Positions 29,811 to 47,799 of a stretch of 64,000 nt of DNA are shown here, piece by piece. Numbering within the stretch: position 1 is the first letter of the stretch; the number at the start of each line of letters is the position of its first letter. The position numbers and the translations under genes are program-made. The DNA lies in the NCBI RefSeq assembly GCF_009914755.1, contig NC_060928.1; one strand, written 5' to 3'. The notes under the pieces were generated by a model. It searched no databases. It saw only the letters and a program-made list of their open reading frames with translations, and was not told where the DNA came from. The stretch is from the human T2T-CHM13v2.0 reference genome, Homo sapiens.

Positions 29811-30614
29811 AGAATACATCACTTAGAGCTGTTTTCCAAAAGAACTACATTTCATCCAACCAGTAAAGTTAAAGGCACTGATAAAAAATAAAATTTTACC
29901 ACAGACTTGTAGTGGTTTTATCAACAATGAAATTTCAACGACAGACTTGTAGTGTTTTCATTGTATCCATCCGAAACTTTATAGATGAAACATCTTCATT
30001 ACAAAAGTGACTTACTTTTTTTTTTAATTTGGTGTTTGTCATTCGTACAAACTGGAACCTTTGAATCTTCTTCAGTGGGTTTCTCTGATTCCTGCTTCTC
30101 AGAATAACTTTCATTAAAGATCTTCCCTTCCTTCGGTTCCCAATGGAGGGAGTGAGATGTATCCATTATTAAATTATTTATTTAAAACTTTTCAGACCTT
30201 CTGTTGATTATGCATATGAAACTTCAAGTTTTGATTATAAACTTGTAAACCTGTGACAATTGTAAATCTTGATACCTACTTTAAGAAGAAGGAGATGGAA
30301 TTGTGCTGAGTCCTTGCGCTATGATTATTTTGCTCTCTTGGGTATTTTGACATGAATGAGAGTGGCTTTCTGGAAGCATAAATTCTATTGATGCTACTTT
30401 TGCCCTGTGAATTGCATGGGCTTTGCATATTTTGCAGCTTGTGTGCCCCTGTCTTTAGTAGCCCCTTTTCTGTCCACAGAGCTGCATTTGTTGTAAAAAA
30501 TACAATAGCTTGTTAGTAACAACTTAAAAAAAGATAAAGATTACTTCATCCCAAATTCATTGAATTTCTGCAACATAGTAAGCATAAGGAAAGCAGGAAT
30601 AAATACAGGAGTAC

Positions 30615-30719
30615 AAGTGTGACCAATTCATCCAGGTTTGCCCAGTACTGTCCCAGTTCTGATACTGAAAGTCCCGTACCCCAAGGAACCCCTCAGTCAC
30701 AATCTAACTGGTCATCCCA
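30615..30719. mobile_element. MER81 (hAT-Blackjack MITE)
   Basis: gtgaccaattcatccaggtttgcccag..actgaaagtccc..ggaacccctcagtc..tggtcatcc matches MER81, with degenerate TIRs. Confidence 0.82.
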
Positions 30720-31103
30720 AGTCTGAACAATTTAAATTTAATGATAAAAATGAGCTTTTTAATCCTATAAAAATTCCTTTTCCTCCCCAGCTTTTTCTCC
30801 AAAACTTATATTGTATAAAAGAAAACCAGATAAAATGTTCCTAAAGTGTACATAAAGAAAATAAGGATAAGGGATATTTAGATGATGTCTGTTTGGTTAA
30901 AGAAATGCTGTGATGTTCCATACCTTTTCTTGAAGCAGGTAGCAACTCTGTCACTGAGTCTGTTAGAAGGCCATTGACCAATTGGGGCTTGAGTGGAAAC
31001 AAGAGAAAAACTGCTGTCAAGGTAAAGAGGCAAAAAATACAGGACAGTCCTGGGTACTACGTGACAGCCTTTACTTTAAGTGCCTCTTCCCCGTGACTTT
31101 TGA

Positions 31104-32735
<1,632 letters not shown>

Positions 32736-32749
32736 AAAAGGGCATAAAA

Positions 32750-32940
32750 CATTTAGAACCCAGTTCTGTCTCTATACACCTGTGTGATCTTTGCCAAGGT
32801 TCTGTTTTTCTCTCTGAATCTTGCTTTCTGAACTATTAAAGGGAGGGTTTGATTACTTATAGATTTGTAGTGAGGTTTAAATAGTATAGCATTTCTGAAA
32901 GTATCTGTATTTAGACCAAAATAGGCACTCCAGAAAAGTT
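32750..32940 (+). mobile_element. MIR
   Basis: ctgtgtgatctttgccaagg..ctctctgaatcttgctttc..ttgtagtgaggtttaaat..taggcactc. Confidence 0.6.
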
Positions 32941-32999
32941 AAATATTAAAACGTTTAATATTAGCATGGGGCTCACCCCAAGTGCTACCGTCTCTTTGG

Positions 33000-33870
33000 C
33001 CTTTCCTAACACCCTGGCAAAGTGAACATCCCTTCATTTCCCCTTGCCCCTGTCCATAATCTATCCTGACAATTCCAGGACTTTATTATACTGATTTAAT
33101 TAGTAGACTCATTTATTTCCATTTCTGCTGCAAGATTCTTGAGAATAGTTGCCAATATTCCATACTTCTGATATTTTACATGGTGACAGGCACATAGTAG
33201 AGATTTAACACATTTTGGGACATTTCTAATGGATGAAGACATGGAGAGAATGGCGATGGTAGAGAGACCACTCAAATAAGAAATTCAGATCATATTCTGA
33301 ATACTTGAGAAAATAATGCAAAAATTGAATAATGCATCACTTTTTGACCAAACTTGCTTGTCTTTATGCAGGATACACATCCATTCATGCTGCCTTCCTA
33401 CTTCAATGGCCACCCATTGGATACAAGATAAAAGTCCATAGTCTTCACCATTTGAGTCATTCCCCAAAGAGTCCATGCCTTGTTGTTCATTTCACAATGC
33501 CTGTTTACTTGGTGATTCTTCTATATGAAACATCTTGCTTTCACCATTTCCAAACTACCAGCTTCCATTCCTGCTCCACCTAACTAAATCTTGGTAATCC
33601 TTCAAAACCCAGTTTCAATATCATCATCTCCTTAAAGCTTTGCTGACCTACTCCAACCCTATCTCTCAAGGCCTAATTAAATATATATTTTTTGTGACCC
33701 ATAGTATCTCATGCAAAATTCTGCCATTTCCTTTATCTTCCTATCTTACTGTTTTCCCTTGAATGTGAAAGCTTATCCATGAGAAACGTTGACTCATTTC
33801 TTTATGTTCATTCCTTAGCCAGACCCTGTTATGTAACACATACAAAAATGGTCTTTGAATGAATATCTTT
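33000..33870 (+). mobile_element. Two L2 3' remnants (about 33000-33230 and 33540-33870)
   Basis: tgacaggcacatagtagagatttaacacatt; atccttcaaaacccagtttcaatatcatcatctccttaaagcttt..ttgaatgaat. Confidence 0.55.
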
Positions 33871-34339
33871 GCAACTGGAATTGGTACTAATAATGTTCCT
33901 TCTACTCCATTTCAAACAAGCCACATTTCACCCAGGTTATGCAGAGTGAATTGTTTTACTATAGCTACACTTCTTTCTAGTGTACTATTGCAAGCTTGTG
34001 CAACAGTTTATTGATGATAGATTTAGAGTTTATTTGCTAGCAATACACTAGGGTTGTATTGATTTTGCCCATCCTTTTCACTAGATGTCAATTGGTGTCC
34101 TATTTTGATTCAAGGTCCATATGGATAGCTCTCATACTGGGGTCAAGTACACCTCCTGATTGAACCATCCTCTACTAACTCAGAAATGGGAACATGAGTA
34201 AAAACCAGGTGAATTCTCTATTTTCCTTCCACTGAAGTTTAAGTCATACCTTCTTCAACTAAGGTCAAACTTCCTGCCTGTGAATTATGTGTGTTTCTAT
34301 TTTACACAGTGTAATCATCTACGTAGACCTAAGTAAAGA

Positions 34340-34530
34340 GAGCGCTGAACTCAGAGTCAGAGGCCTGTGGTTGAGTCGTGCTTTGTCAGGGATAGCTATT
34401 TGATCAGAGGAATGCTGATTAGATTCTTTATTCATTTCCTCATCTGTGAAAGAAAGATAACAATTCCCACCTCAGAGTGTTGTTAAAGGAATTACATAAT
34501 AATACAGAAGAAACAGAATGTGTGCTTTCT
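34340..34530 (+). mobile_element. MIR
   Basis: gagtcagaggcctgtgg..tttcctcatctgtgaaa..cccacctcagagtgttgttaaagga. Confidence 0.7.
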
Positions 34531-35433
34531 CCATTTCTGGGAATACATCTGATAGATGTGGTCTCTAAAGAGTTATTTTTCTTCCTAGTTAAACACAAGA
34601 CCTTCCTTTTAGACAGAAAATACTTATTTTTGAGCACATAAAACTGAGCTTGTTTCTTATGGTTTTAATATATTCTGGTCTCTCTGTTTGTCATTTCTCT
34701 GTGTAATGGTTATAAGAAAACATCCATCTCTTTTGGTCTGGTTACATTAAGGCATATGGGTTCATTCTCTAATATTTCAGAGCCAATGATGACTCAGAAA
34801 ATAAAACCTACTCATACTGCGGTAGATAGTCAAGAAACAGGTGGTTAGCAAGATAAGTAACCAAATTTGAGATTGTGTGGTTCTAAAACAATTTTTTTTC
34901 TGGTTAGAGCAAAATTACAGGACATAAAACGTCTGGGAGATAAATGAAATAATACAAGCCTCACATTCAGGGGTCCCAATGTTACAACTATACAGCAACA
35001 ATAGAATGCAGAGATAAATACAAGACAGACTTTCCAAGATTATGAAAACAGAATAAGACAATAAACAGAAATCTCAAATATTGTTAATATTCTATGACTG
35101 TAATCAACCAGAAGAAACAAATGATGTGAGAAATAATAATAACAATGATAATAACAGAAATCAGTGGGTGATTATCTGTCAAATGAACAATATGAAAAAT
35201 GTAAGAAGAATTATTACTATATATTTTTTTTACTAGTATGAGTAAAGGGTTATCATCACTGGGCCCTGAAAAATCCTAGACTTCCAAAGAAGATGATCTA
35301 GGATCTACCTGTCATAGCGCCATTTCTATGGACATGATAGAGTTCAGATGGATGAAAAGTAATGTATTCCAGGAGCTAAGGGTTTTCTTATTAACTGTGC
35401 AACACCTGACCTATTGGACTGTACGTGTAGACC

Positions 35434-35505
35434 TAGAATTATGGTGTGTAAGTCAACGTAGGAGTCAAATAGCTCTCCTAATTTGACTTACACACCTTAA
35501 TTCTA
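35434..35505. repeat. 72-nt fold-back: 23-bp outer stem (22/23) plus 6-bp inner stem and 10-nt loop
   Basis: tagaattatggtgtgtaagtcaa-cg-taggag-tcaaatagct-ctccta-at-ttgacttacacaccttaattcta. Confidence 0.93.
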
Positions 35506-35938
35506 TGTAACTGGAAAAAACATTATAGATGGGTAAGAAACCAAGGCAGTAGCTTCTCTATGTCAAAGTGAGCTGCACATACCCAGATCTCATCCCTGAC
35601 AGGTATATACTTTCTGTGGGTAAGTTGAGTAAGGTGTGATGGGGTGAGAAGTTGTACATGGGTAGCTGCTGGGCCTCCCAAAGAGAAACAAAATGCCGAG
35701 TTGCTGGTCCTGTAGTCTACTGCAAAGCTAAGTCAGTGCAGTGCTACATTAAAAGCCTATTGTGTTGTTGCTAGCATGAAGCCGGTGGTGTTTTGGCGGG
35801 GGTTTTATAATGGGTGTGAGTTTAGAGACCTTGAGAAGCAGATGGAAGCATTTCATGTAGGTACAAAAGTAAAAATTTTATACTGTAAGATGACGAAAGT
35901 AGAGATGCATGAACACATTGGGAAAAGAGTTTGGTTGG

Positions 35939-36229
<291 letters not shown>

Positions 36230-36989
36230 AAAAGAGTTTGGCTGGAGTGGAATGGCTATCAAATTGTATTGTAGCTATCTGAATGAGAAAATGTGTACAG
36301 GAGGGGGAAGGAGTTCAAGGGGTAAGTAGGGAGGGAGTGTGGAGGAGACTGTAGAAAGAGGGTTCAGCACTGAAAGAGACAGAGGTCTGAAGACAAAAGA
36401 AGATTTTGAACAGTAATATGGGAAAATCACTCGTGTTTCAATGGCAAAGCCATTTATTAGAAAATTTGGGTATCTGCATTCTGAGGTCACTAAGTGAGAA
36501 TTTTATTTCTGATTATCTCTGATATTGTGGGCAAATAAAAATGTTCTTTTGTCTCTACGGTTTCCAAATTTTAACTTGATAGATGATTCTTCAGCTTCTC
36601 AGGTGTGGATAAGCAATAGAGAACCTGGTGAGGCTTATTATCTTTGTTCTTTAATCCAGAAATGACAATTGTATGTGAGACTATGTTTTCTTTCAAAGTA
36701 TTTCTTTTGCCCTTGAATATCTATAATTTCTAATTTTCTTAATTATCTCTAAAGCCTTGAAGGTTACATGAGGGTTCTAATAGTCTAAAAAATAACTGAA
36801 AGTAAAGGAAACCCTGGGTTATGATTGGAGTTTATCCCAATGACTATCAAACACGTGCTTATACATCATTAGAGGCTGCAGCTCTGAGTTTATGTCTTTG
36901 ATGATGAATATATGTGCTGTGCATCTTACTAACACTGCTCTAACTTTTGGATTAATTCCCAAAAATCTTTTGGGCCACAGGGACGTAAA

Positions 36990-37130
36990 ACAGAAGCTAT
37001 ACTTTAGCCCATCATCCATAATTAATTAGCTGTCTTTTGGAGGAAGTTCTTTCAACTCTCTGGGATCCTTTTTTTTTTTTCATCTGAAAAATAGGTATAC
37101 ATATTTGTTGCTGTGAAAATCCAAATTGCC
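36990..37130 (+). mobile_element. MIR core
   Basis: ttagctgtcttttggaggaagttctttcaactctctggga..tttcatctgaaaaatagg..ttgctgtgaaaat. Confidence 0.55.
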
Positions 37131-40032
37131 TTGGCAAAGATAATGCATTATATGGATACAGATACACTGTCTTTCAAACAATAGTATCAATTTTCATCTT
37201 AAAATAAAATTAATCCCATACTTTAAATGAATTATCTATACACATATGCACATATACATACACACAGAGAAATATATTATTTTGACTAATTTAGTTTGAT
37301 GCTTTTTAATATTAGATATACTAATTGGTTGATTTTCCCCATTATCTTCATAGATTGTACAGTTTAAAACATAAGCTTTGTTCTGCTTTCCTTAATATGA
37401 ATTGGAGGCTTTTCACTAGGGAAAATGGTTTAACTGTAGATGTTCAAAATAAACATTTTCAGCGTGAGGAATGAGGCTGGCATAGTAACCTGCAGATAGA
37501 ATTGGAGCTGATATTTGCGATGTGTTGATGTCCTTCATTGTAACAATGATTAACAATCTAATAAAACATTTAATAGGGCATAATGAGTGATGGCGTGTCT
37601 TGTTTAAGATGTCATGGAATTTACATCAATCTAAATTATAATTTTTTACTAGTATTGAATGTGTATGTTAGCATAATGATTTTATTCTATACTGTGTTCA
37701 TATTTGGATGGAGAAAATGCTTCCTCATGGGACCTGTCAGTTTAAGCAAATACTTACTTGTTCTGTTTCTAAAATAAGAGGTATAAAATACCTTCCCAAT
37801 CTCTGAATATGCAGTGTTGCAGTCCTTTCTGGGTTTTCTCATTATCCCTACAGTTGAGGACTTGTGGCAGCCTGCTGGGGAGTAGGAAACTAGAGAAGGA
37901 GTATGAAGTAACCATGTGTAACTTCTGGTAGATCAGTTAGATACATTATTTAGCTGTTTTAAAGACAGGGAGAACTGTGTTAATTGGATGGATTTTTGTG
38001 ACCCCCATGTGGTAGGACAGGCTACTGGCATTTCTTTGCCCAAATCAAAGGAGTTACAAGGGCCGAACCATCAGATATTATTTTAATATCTCTTCGTATT
38101 TGTGTATGAAGAGAGGGACAGGATACTACTTGTCTTCCATTAAAGAATAAGTTTAGAAACTAGAAACAGAGTCTTAAATAAACATTTAGTCAATTATTCA
38201 TTGCTATCTAAGAGGGTTAGACATCATCTCATTCAGGGTCAGAGGATTTTTGAGTCAGAAAATGGAAAAAAAACTAATTTATATTCAGGTTTTAATTATT
38301 TTGCTTGTTAGGTAGCATAACTCTGGATTTTGTTTTCTTGTATTTTGGGAAAGAGACTTGAAGGGAGAATAAATTATTTCATTTTGCTGTTCTTCAGCAG
38401 ACAATTCTGCAGGTAGTTTAGCACTTTTCCCTTCAACATTTGTTCTGTTGGGGTGAGTAGGCTTAAAAATATTTCTTGTAGGCATATGGAGAGTAGGTGT
38501 GAAGCAATTCTCACACTATTAACACATTTCTTGACAGAATCTCACATTGGTCAAGAAATGGTAACAATTTTCAAGGAACTGAGAAGTGCATAACCTGGAG
38601 GTGATGCATGTTCTAGAGACGATTCAGGAAACGCTCAAGAGTTATATAATATTCTCTTTAAATAACTTGGATTGTTGTCAAAGAGTTTGACTGAATAGAA
38701 TAACTAGAAGCATATATTTCTATGTCAATTTATGTTCCGTTGTTTAAAATATTTCCCATCATGGATCAATGCAAATATTGAGTCTGAACTGAGAGAATAA
38801 GTTTTTCAAAGACAGAATTTGGTAAAAAGGTTAATTCTAGTGTGATGGGCATCTTTAACATAAAATAGTGAAATGCAATGTCTCATTCAGAAAATATAGA
38901 TGGCTCTGAGACTGTGGCTTTAAAAGACACAGGAAGAAAATACTATTTCCACCCAACAGGATATTCTGTTGCTATTTTTTTTTTAATCTATCTTTCCTTT
39001 TTCATGAGGTCTCAAATATTTATCTGGGAGTAACAGGGGGCAACTTTTGCAGATATATAGGATATCTTTTGTCATTATCAAGTCCTATAAATAGTTTGAA
39101 ATAAAAGCTTACTCAGAAGAGTTTTGTAGCATTTTTTTTTTTGGTACTATCTTTGGTGAAAACATAAAACAGCTTCAGATTGGTAATTCTGCACATATAA
39201 AGGCTGCAGACTGGTAAAGATAGATATGGAAAAAGTAAACCATTTATCAAAGGGCTGTTTAGTTATTTTTCCTCTTGTTGCTGGGTATTGTCACTGATTT
39301 GGTAAAAGAATCTCTGGACACTTAGGTAGTGCATTCCCTTCCAGGGAGCCATTTCTATGAGAGTAAAATCATTTTCTGTCTACCAGTTTGTACAAATAAA
39401 AATATACAAAAATATAAAAATGTTCCTGTACCCAGTTTCAAAAATTTAAAAGAAGCTGCATTCTTCCTGGTGGCTTTGTATTAGCAGCTTGGTGTACACA
39501 GTGGCATGGACTCATTGGACTAAAAACAGTTGGTTAATCCAGACTGTTCCACTTATTTTCATTGAAGAGGGTGAAATAGTGTGACTATTATACATATTGT
39601 GGGCAAGTGCCTGGCACATGTATTCTACAGGTTTGGAGATATAGACGTAGCTAGCAAGAGTGCATACAAAGCTGGTTAAACAAGAAAGCAAAATGGAATC
39701 TGCTTCCTCGTGATCTTAAAACATTGTTGGAGAAATAGAGAACCTGTGTATGAAAATAAAAGAAAGTTCTTGAAGTATAACTTTGGCTGTGACTTTCATC
39801 AGAAATAGTGACCTGCTAAGTGAGATGTAGGAGCACATTACACTGAGATTTACATAGGATTTTAAACATTTTTTTTCCATTGCCTTGGTTTCGTCATTGT
39901 GATACTGGATGTAATATTCATTTAATCTCTTTGGTCTATCAATTGGTGTGAAACGTGTTTTGACTACTAACCTGTCCCGGAATCATGACTCTGGGATGAG
40001 GGACATGAATGCAGTACCAAAGAAAGGTGGCC

Positions 40033-40397
<365 letters not shown>

Positions 40398-40744
40398 CTA
40401 ACGCTTTTCCTCCTTTATCTCTAATAGGTTAATATTTTCTTAAGGAGTGTTCTGTTTGATTCTTAGTAGGATAACAATGCCAAACACATGTGCTGTATTT
40501 TGGTCTTTAAATCCCAATCTTTTCTTTTGATTGATTTAATTGAAACTTTATTCATTTTTAAAGCTAATGACCTATTTACAAATTCTGGTAATATTGAAAT
40601 GTACAAAAAAAGAAAGTGTTGAGCTTTCAATAGTTTTCATCTAGAAATAAACATAATTTACATTAAAGTGAACATCTTTCTTAAGTCATTTAGACTATTT
40701 TTTTCAAGCTATGCCTTCTAACTTATCAAGAGTGATACTATATT

Positions 40745-40958
40745 GAGTTAGTGGACAGCCAACTTAAAAAATGAAATAGAACAGAACAGAAAATGTCATA
40801 AATCAGAATACATGTAACATGAGTAAATGTATTAATGCAACTCGTTTTAATTGTTTGCTTGTGTGTATATGAATGTGTTTGTGTTTGTGTGTCTACCATT
40901 TGTTGCAAACTTATTTCTTTCTGTAGTTCATAGTCAAATAAGTTTGAAATCTAATGAC
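40745..40958. mobile_element. Probable hAT-Charlie non-autonomous fragment
   Basis: aaaaaatgaaatagaacagaacagaaaatgtca..ttatttctttctgtagttcatagtcaaataagtttgaaa resembles Charlie4-group MITEs. The family name is uncertain. Confidence 0.5.
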
Positions 40959-41429
40959 GTAGGCAGTGGTTTCAGTGGATGAAATCCAGTCTTAATGAGA
41001 GAGACCAGAAATGGAGACCCCAGTTATGAATAATTACAGTTGAAAATAAGACAAGATGAGGACCTAGAAAGGAAAGAGAGAACAAGGATGAGATAAAGTA
41101 TGGGAAGAACACAGAGAAAGGAATTGAGATAATATATTTGTACTTAAAGGCTGCTGCTGAAGACACTCTTCTGCTCTTGACTCATTTGAGCATTTGTGAC
41201 ATAAGACAGGCAATGAAAATGGGGAGTTCTACAAGACTAGGGATGGCCTTTACACAGTGAAATGGGAGATGGCCTGAGATATGATTGCAGCATCTCCTCC
41301 CCCTTCCAAAAAAGACAGCACAGAGAAATGGACTGTAGGCTTTATTCCCTTTGTAAAGCCTTGTACCCCTTATGAAATACACTGACTTCTGGGTTAGGCT
41401 ATATCCAAAGTGCACACCCATCATTATTT

Positions 41430-44000
41430 CTCCCTCTTTGAGCCATTTAACCCCTCTGTGACTCAGGTTTTCCATGATGAAACTGAGGTGTTGGATAACA
41501 TGCTTCAAAATTCCCTTCTAATCCTTAGAGTCTATGTTTTATATGGAGATGACTGAAAGAGCAACAACAACAACAAATTTTGATAGGAATATAGTGGTAG
41601 AAAGTTGGATATAGAAACACATATATAGGTGGGATGATATTGGAGCTCAGAGTTCAAAATCACCTTCCTGCTTCAAAAATTTTCCAAAGTCTGACTGAGA
41701 AAAAATATAATACAATACTAGTACCACTTATTAATTATTTGCTATTTTCCAGATGCAATGCTTACCTCTTACATTTTTCATTCAGTCAATACCTTCCAAG
41801 TCATAAATATGATTCATATCATAGGTATGAATTTAGCAATAACTTCCATATCATAGATATGATTAGCATTGCATAAATATCTAGGACAGAAGGTAACTAA
41901 GTGATTAATTAACAGAGTCAGAGTCCAAATCTAGCTTTGTCTGATTATAAATCCTTTGCTCTTCCCTGTTATATCATGCCAAGTTCATTTTTTGAAGCCT
42001 AATTAGGAATAGCTTTTAGGGTATTGAGAATCTGTACTGATTATCTCAATATTCAGAATTTTAAGGCACTCACTTTATAATGGGCCTATGCAGTGACTAA
42101 TGTAATATGAGGCACAGAGGGTAAACAGTCAGAAAATATGGTCTTCAAAGTCAGTTCCATCTATTATTAGGGAGAGCTTTGGTAAGCTGCATAAACCCCT
42201 GGTTACAATTATTTTCTAATCTTTAAAAGACACTAAAAAATCAGTTTTTAAAACCTGTTCTATGTGCCTCAGGATTATAACTGTGATAAAGCAAATTCAT
42301 CTACTTGAAGGCATTTTGTGTTGTATAAAGAAATGGGTAAATGAATAGCATACTATTTAATTAATTCTTGGATTTACTCATGTTCTGCAGCAGGAGAGAA
42401 GCTCTATAAAATGATGAGACAAAAACTGTTAAGATTTTTTATTTTAAATTTTGCATCTATATAAAATAATAATAGAAGCCATGTCAGTTGTTAAAATAGA
42501 AAAATAGCTGCATTATGAACATTCAAATGAGAAACACTGAATGTTTATATGAGGTGGTCTGAGGAGAGTTGCCTGATGGGCTGTGCTGTGAGATTAAAAC
42601 AGAAACACAATGAGAATCAGTAAGACCCGGAATGGGAAGATTGAGATCAGGTGACTTGGATGGCCGATGGCAGTGCAGTTTGATAAAAGGCAAGCAAGAT
42701 AAAAGATACAGAATCAAAGCAGGAACTGTTTATCCTCAAAGATGAGGTGTAATGGCATTTTGACTACAAAAGACGTGGCTGTTGTTATATGGGAAAAAAA
42801 ATCCATAAAGTCCTTTAAGCCAACAGTGTTATTGTAGGACAAGAGAGAAACAAGTTGTGAATTTTATTGAAAGAGGTTTGAAAAAGAAAATCAATTTTTT
42901 TTTATCAAGTGCTGGTTCTCCCTCTCTTTGTATTCTGTGTGAAGTACTACTTATGTGTCTAAACTCTACACAGGGTTATAAGAAGATCAAGCTTTGAGTA
43001 CTTCTGTTGGTAGAAGAAGTTGGGCAAATTTCAGCTTTTTTTTTTAATAAAAATGAAAATTGCCTTGTTAGACTGAATTTTGAAAATCAAATAACCAGGG
43101 CTACATTAGATCATTTTTAGTAACTTTAAGAAATAGATACAGAATGCAAAAAACCATGAAGCTTTTAGAAAGTTTTAATGCAAAATGCTTTAGAAATTAA
43201 AAATCAGGGTTCATAGTAGGTACAAAGATGGTTTATTCATATTTTAATGGGTAAGAAAAGATACTCACTGGCAAATCAAATAAGAGCATGACATTGACAA
43301 TAATGTAGCTAGTGAAATGATGTGGCTAATTTATGATAAACATAATATCAGGTGAGAAAAAAGATATTTAGGAGAGCATTGTTTTAAAAAATAATTTTAC
43401 TACTATAAGCCACTTTTACTACTAACAGATAATTATAATAATATATCAAAAATAGCTCACTTATTATCTTCTGTGTATAACATTTTGTAAAAATATTTTG
43501 CATGCATTAGGTCTATTTATCACAACAACACAGAGAACTTCATATTTTTTGTTCATAAAAAAAGTTCGTATCTCTTGTTTACTTCTAATGAGCAACCTGA
43601 GGCTGGATCAGGTAGTGTTTTGGTTTGCCCAGTTACATTGCTAGATTTTGTAAATGTCTAAGCCAGGGAACAAAACTTTGTCTCTTTATGTTCAAAGACC
43701 ATAGGTTTTGTTGTTGCTGTTGTTTTTGCTATATATTCTACTTTCAAAGAAAGCAGAAAGTCACGTATTTGTAAAGAAAGTAACAATAATGTTGTGTATG
43801 CAAAGGGCCTGGTGTTGAGGGGCAGGGCCTTAAATGCTAGCCCTGTGTCTTTCCTATAGCTAGTGCTTAATTTGGGTGAATTACGTAACCTCTCTGCAAG
43901 AGTGTCAAGTTAACAGAATGCTCTCTGCCCCCAAGCAGTACAAGTGCATAGTTCTAGGAAAAGCCTATTTGAATCATCACATGCATAAACTCACATTTCT
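41430..44000. mobile_element. Cluster of separate MIR/MIR3 remnants (about 41430-41535 +, 41740-41980 -, 42120-42350 +, 43480-43700 -, 43830-43990 +)
   Basis: Examples: ccatttaacccctctgtgactcaggtttt; acagagtcagagtccaaatctagctttgtctgatt; gagcaacctgaggct; tttgggtgaattacgtaacctctctg. Confidence 0.5.
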
Positions 44001-44059
44001 GAAACAGGCCTTAGTGATGAGAAAAATGGCATTGATTTCCAGTTTTAAAGTGAAAATAT

Positions 44060-45800
<1,741 letters not shown>

Positions 45801-45804
45801 GCTT

Positions 45805-45915
45805 TCTTAGGTTGGTTTCTGAAGTAGTAAGTCCTGGGATAAGGATCCATGTGAAAGTGATTTATTAGGAAGTGCTACCAGGATAAATTGGTAGAAGTGG
45901 TAGTGAAAGCAAGCT
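45805..45915 (-). mobile_element. ERVL LTR fragment, LTR33-like
   Basis: cttaggttggtttc..cctgggataaggatccatgtgaaagtgatttattaggaagtg resembles the antisense LTR33/LTR16 3' end. Confidence 0.5.
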
Positions 45916-45939
45916 TTAAAAAATGTTAATAAGAGGGTT

Positions 45940-46250
45940 TATTATATCCATATACGTAGGAATAATTACTAAACCAGAAGCTAACAGACCTAAATACGAA
46001 AGTTAACAAAAAGCTTTGAGAATAGAACATTGGAAAATATCTTCGTATCTTTGGGTGAGTTTTTTAAACAGAACACAAAATGTACCAAATATAAATAAAA
46101 AATTGAACACATTTGACTTGAAACTAAGAGCATGCATTCACTAAAAGCAATGACTGATAGAAAGTCGAACTACACACTAGGAGCAAACATTTTCAGGGCT
46201 TATCTAATAAATAATTTGCACCAGAATATATAGAACTCCAAAAATCAGTA
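45940..46250 (+). mobile_element. Old L1 ORF2 3' fragment
   Basis: acagacctaaatacgaaag..gaacattggaaaatatcttcgtatctttggg..accagaatatatagaactcc. Confidence 0.7.
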
Positions 46251-46370
46251 ACACATATTTTTTTCTAAAGACGTTTTTTAAAGCATGAGATGTTCTTCTT
46301 CATTATCTCCAGATATATTGTGCAATTTATATCTTATTTGCTAGAATTTAGTCAGATGATCACACAGCTA

Positions 46371-47335
<965 letters not shown>

Positions 47336-47799
47336 TTTTGTTTGTATATGGCAGGGTGGCAGGTTGAATTTGTTATTGTGATGTGTGCACATTTTATACT
47401 AGAAGTCATACTAAAAATACCTTTAGGATTAATTAATTAATTTGTGTTTCATACTCCAGGCAAATTTGTGTTTTCACAAATTCTAGAAATTCTTCTAGAA
47501 ATATACTAGAAGGTAGAGTCCCCAATTATACACACATATGCCTATATGTATATAGTGTATAGTAAATATGTATACACACATAAAAGGGAGGGAAATAAAT
47601 AAAAAACAACCAGTCCAGTAGGCCTAATATTAATAAATATATTTCAAGACAGAAACAAAGAACCAGTAAAAATAGAGGAGAAGGAAGAACGAATAGTCAA
47701 CAAAACAGCAGAAAACAAGTCATGGTAAAAAAAAAAAAAAGAAAAAGAAAAAAAAAGGTCCATCTCTAAACCTAGCCTATGACAATCGTTATAAACTTA

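Noticed and set aside
29901-29954. Direct repeat acagacttgtagtg 40 bp apart; also ttaaacattttcttac twice at 46415-46454
   Set aside because: Real but ordinary micro-duplications with no insert hallmark or array structure.
38525-38560. 11-bp-arm inverted repeat (catttcttgac / gtcaagaaatg); similar ones at 42514-42549 and 32942-32962
   Set aside because: Arm lengths are near chance expectation for 64 kb of AT-rich DNA.
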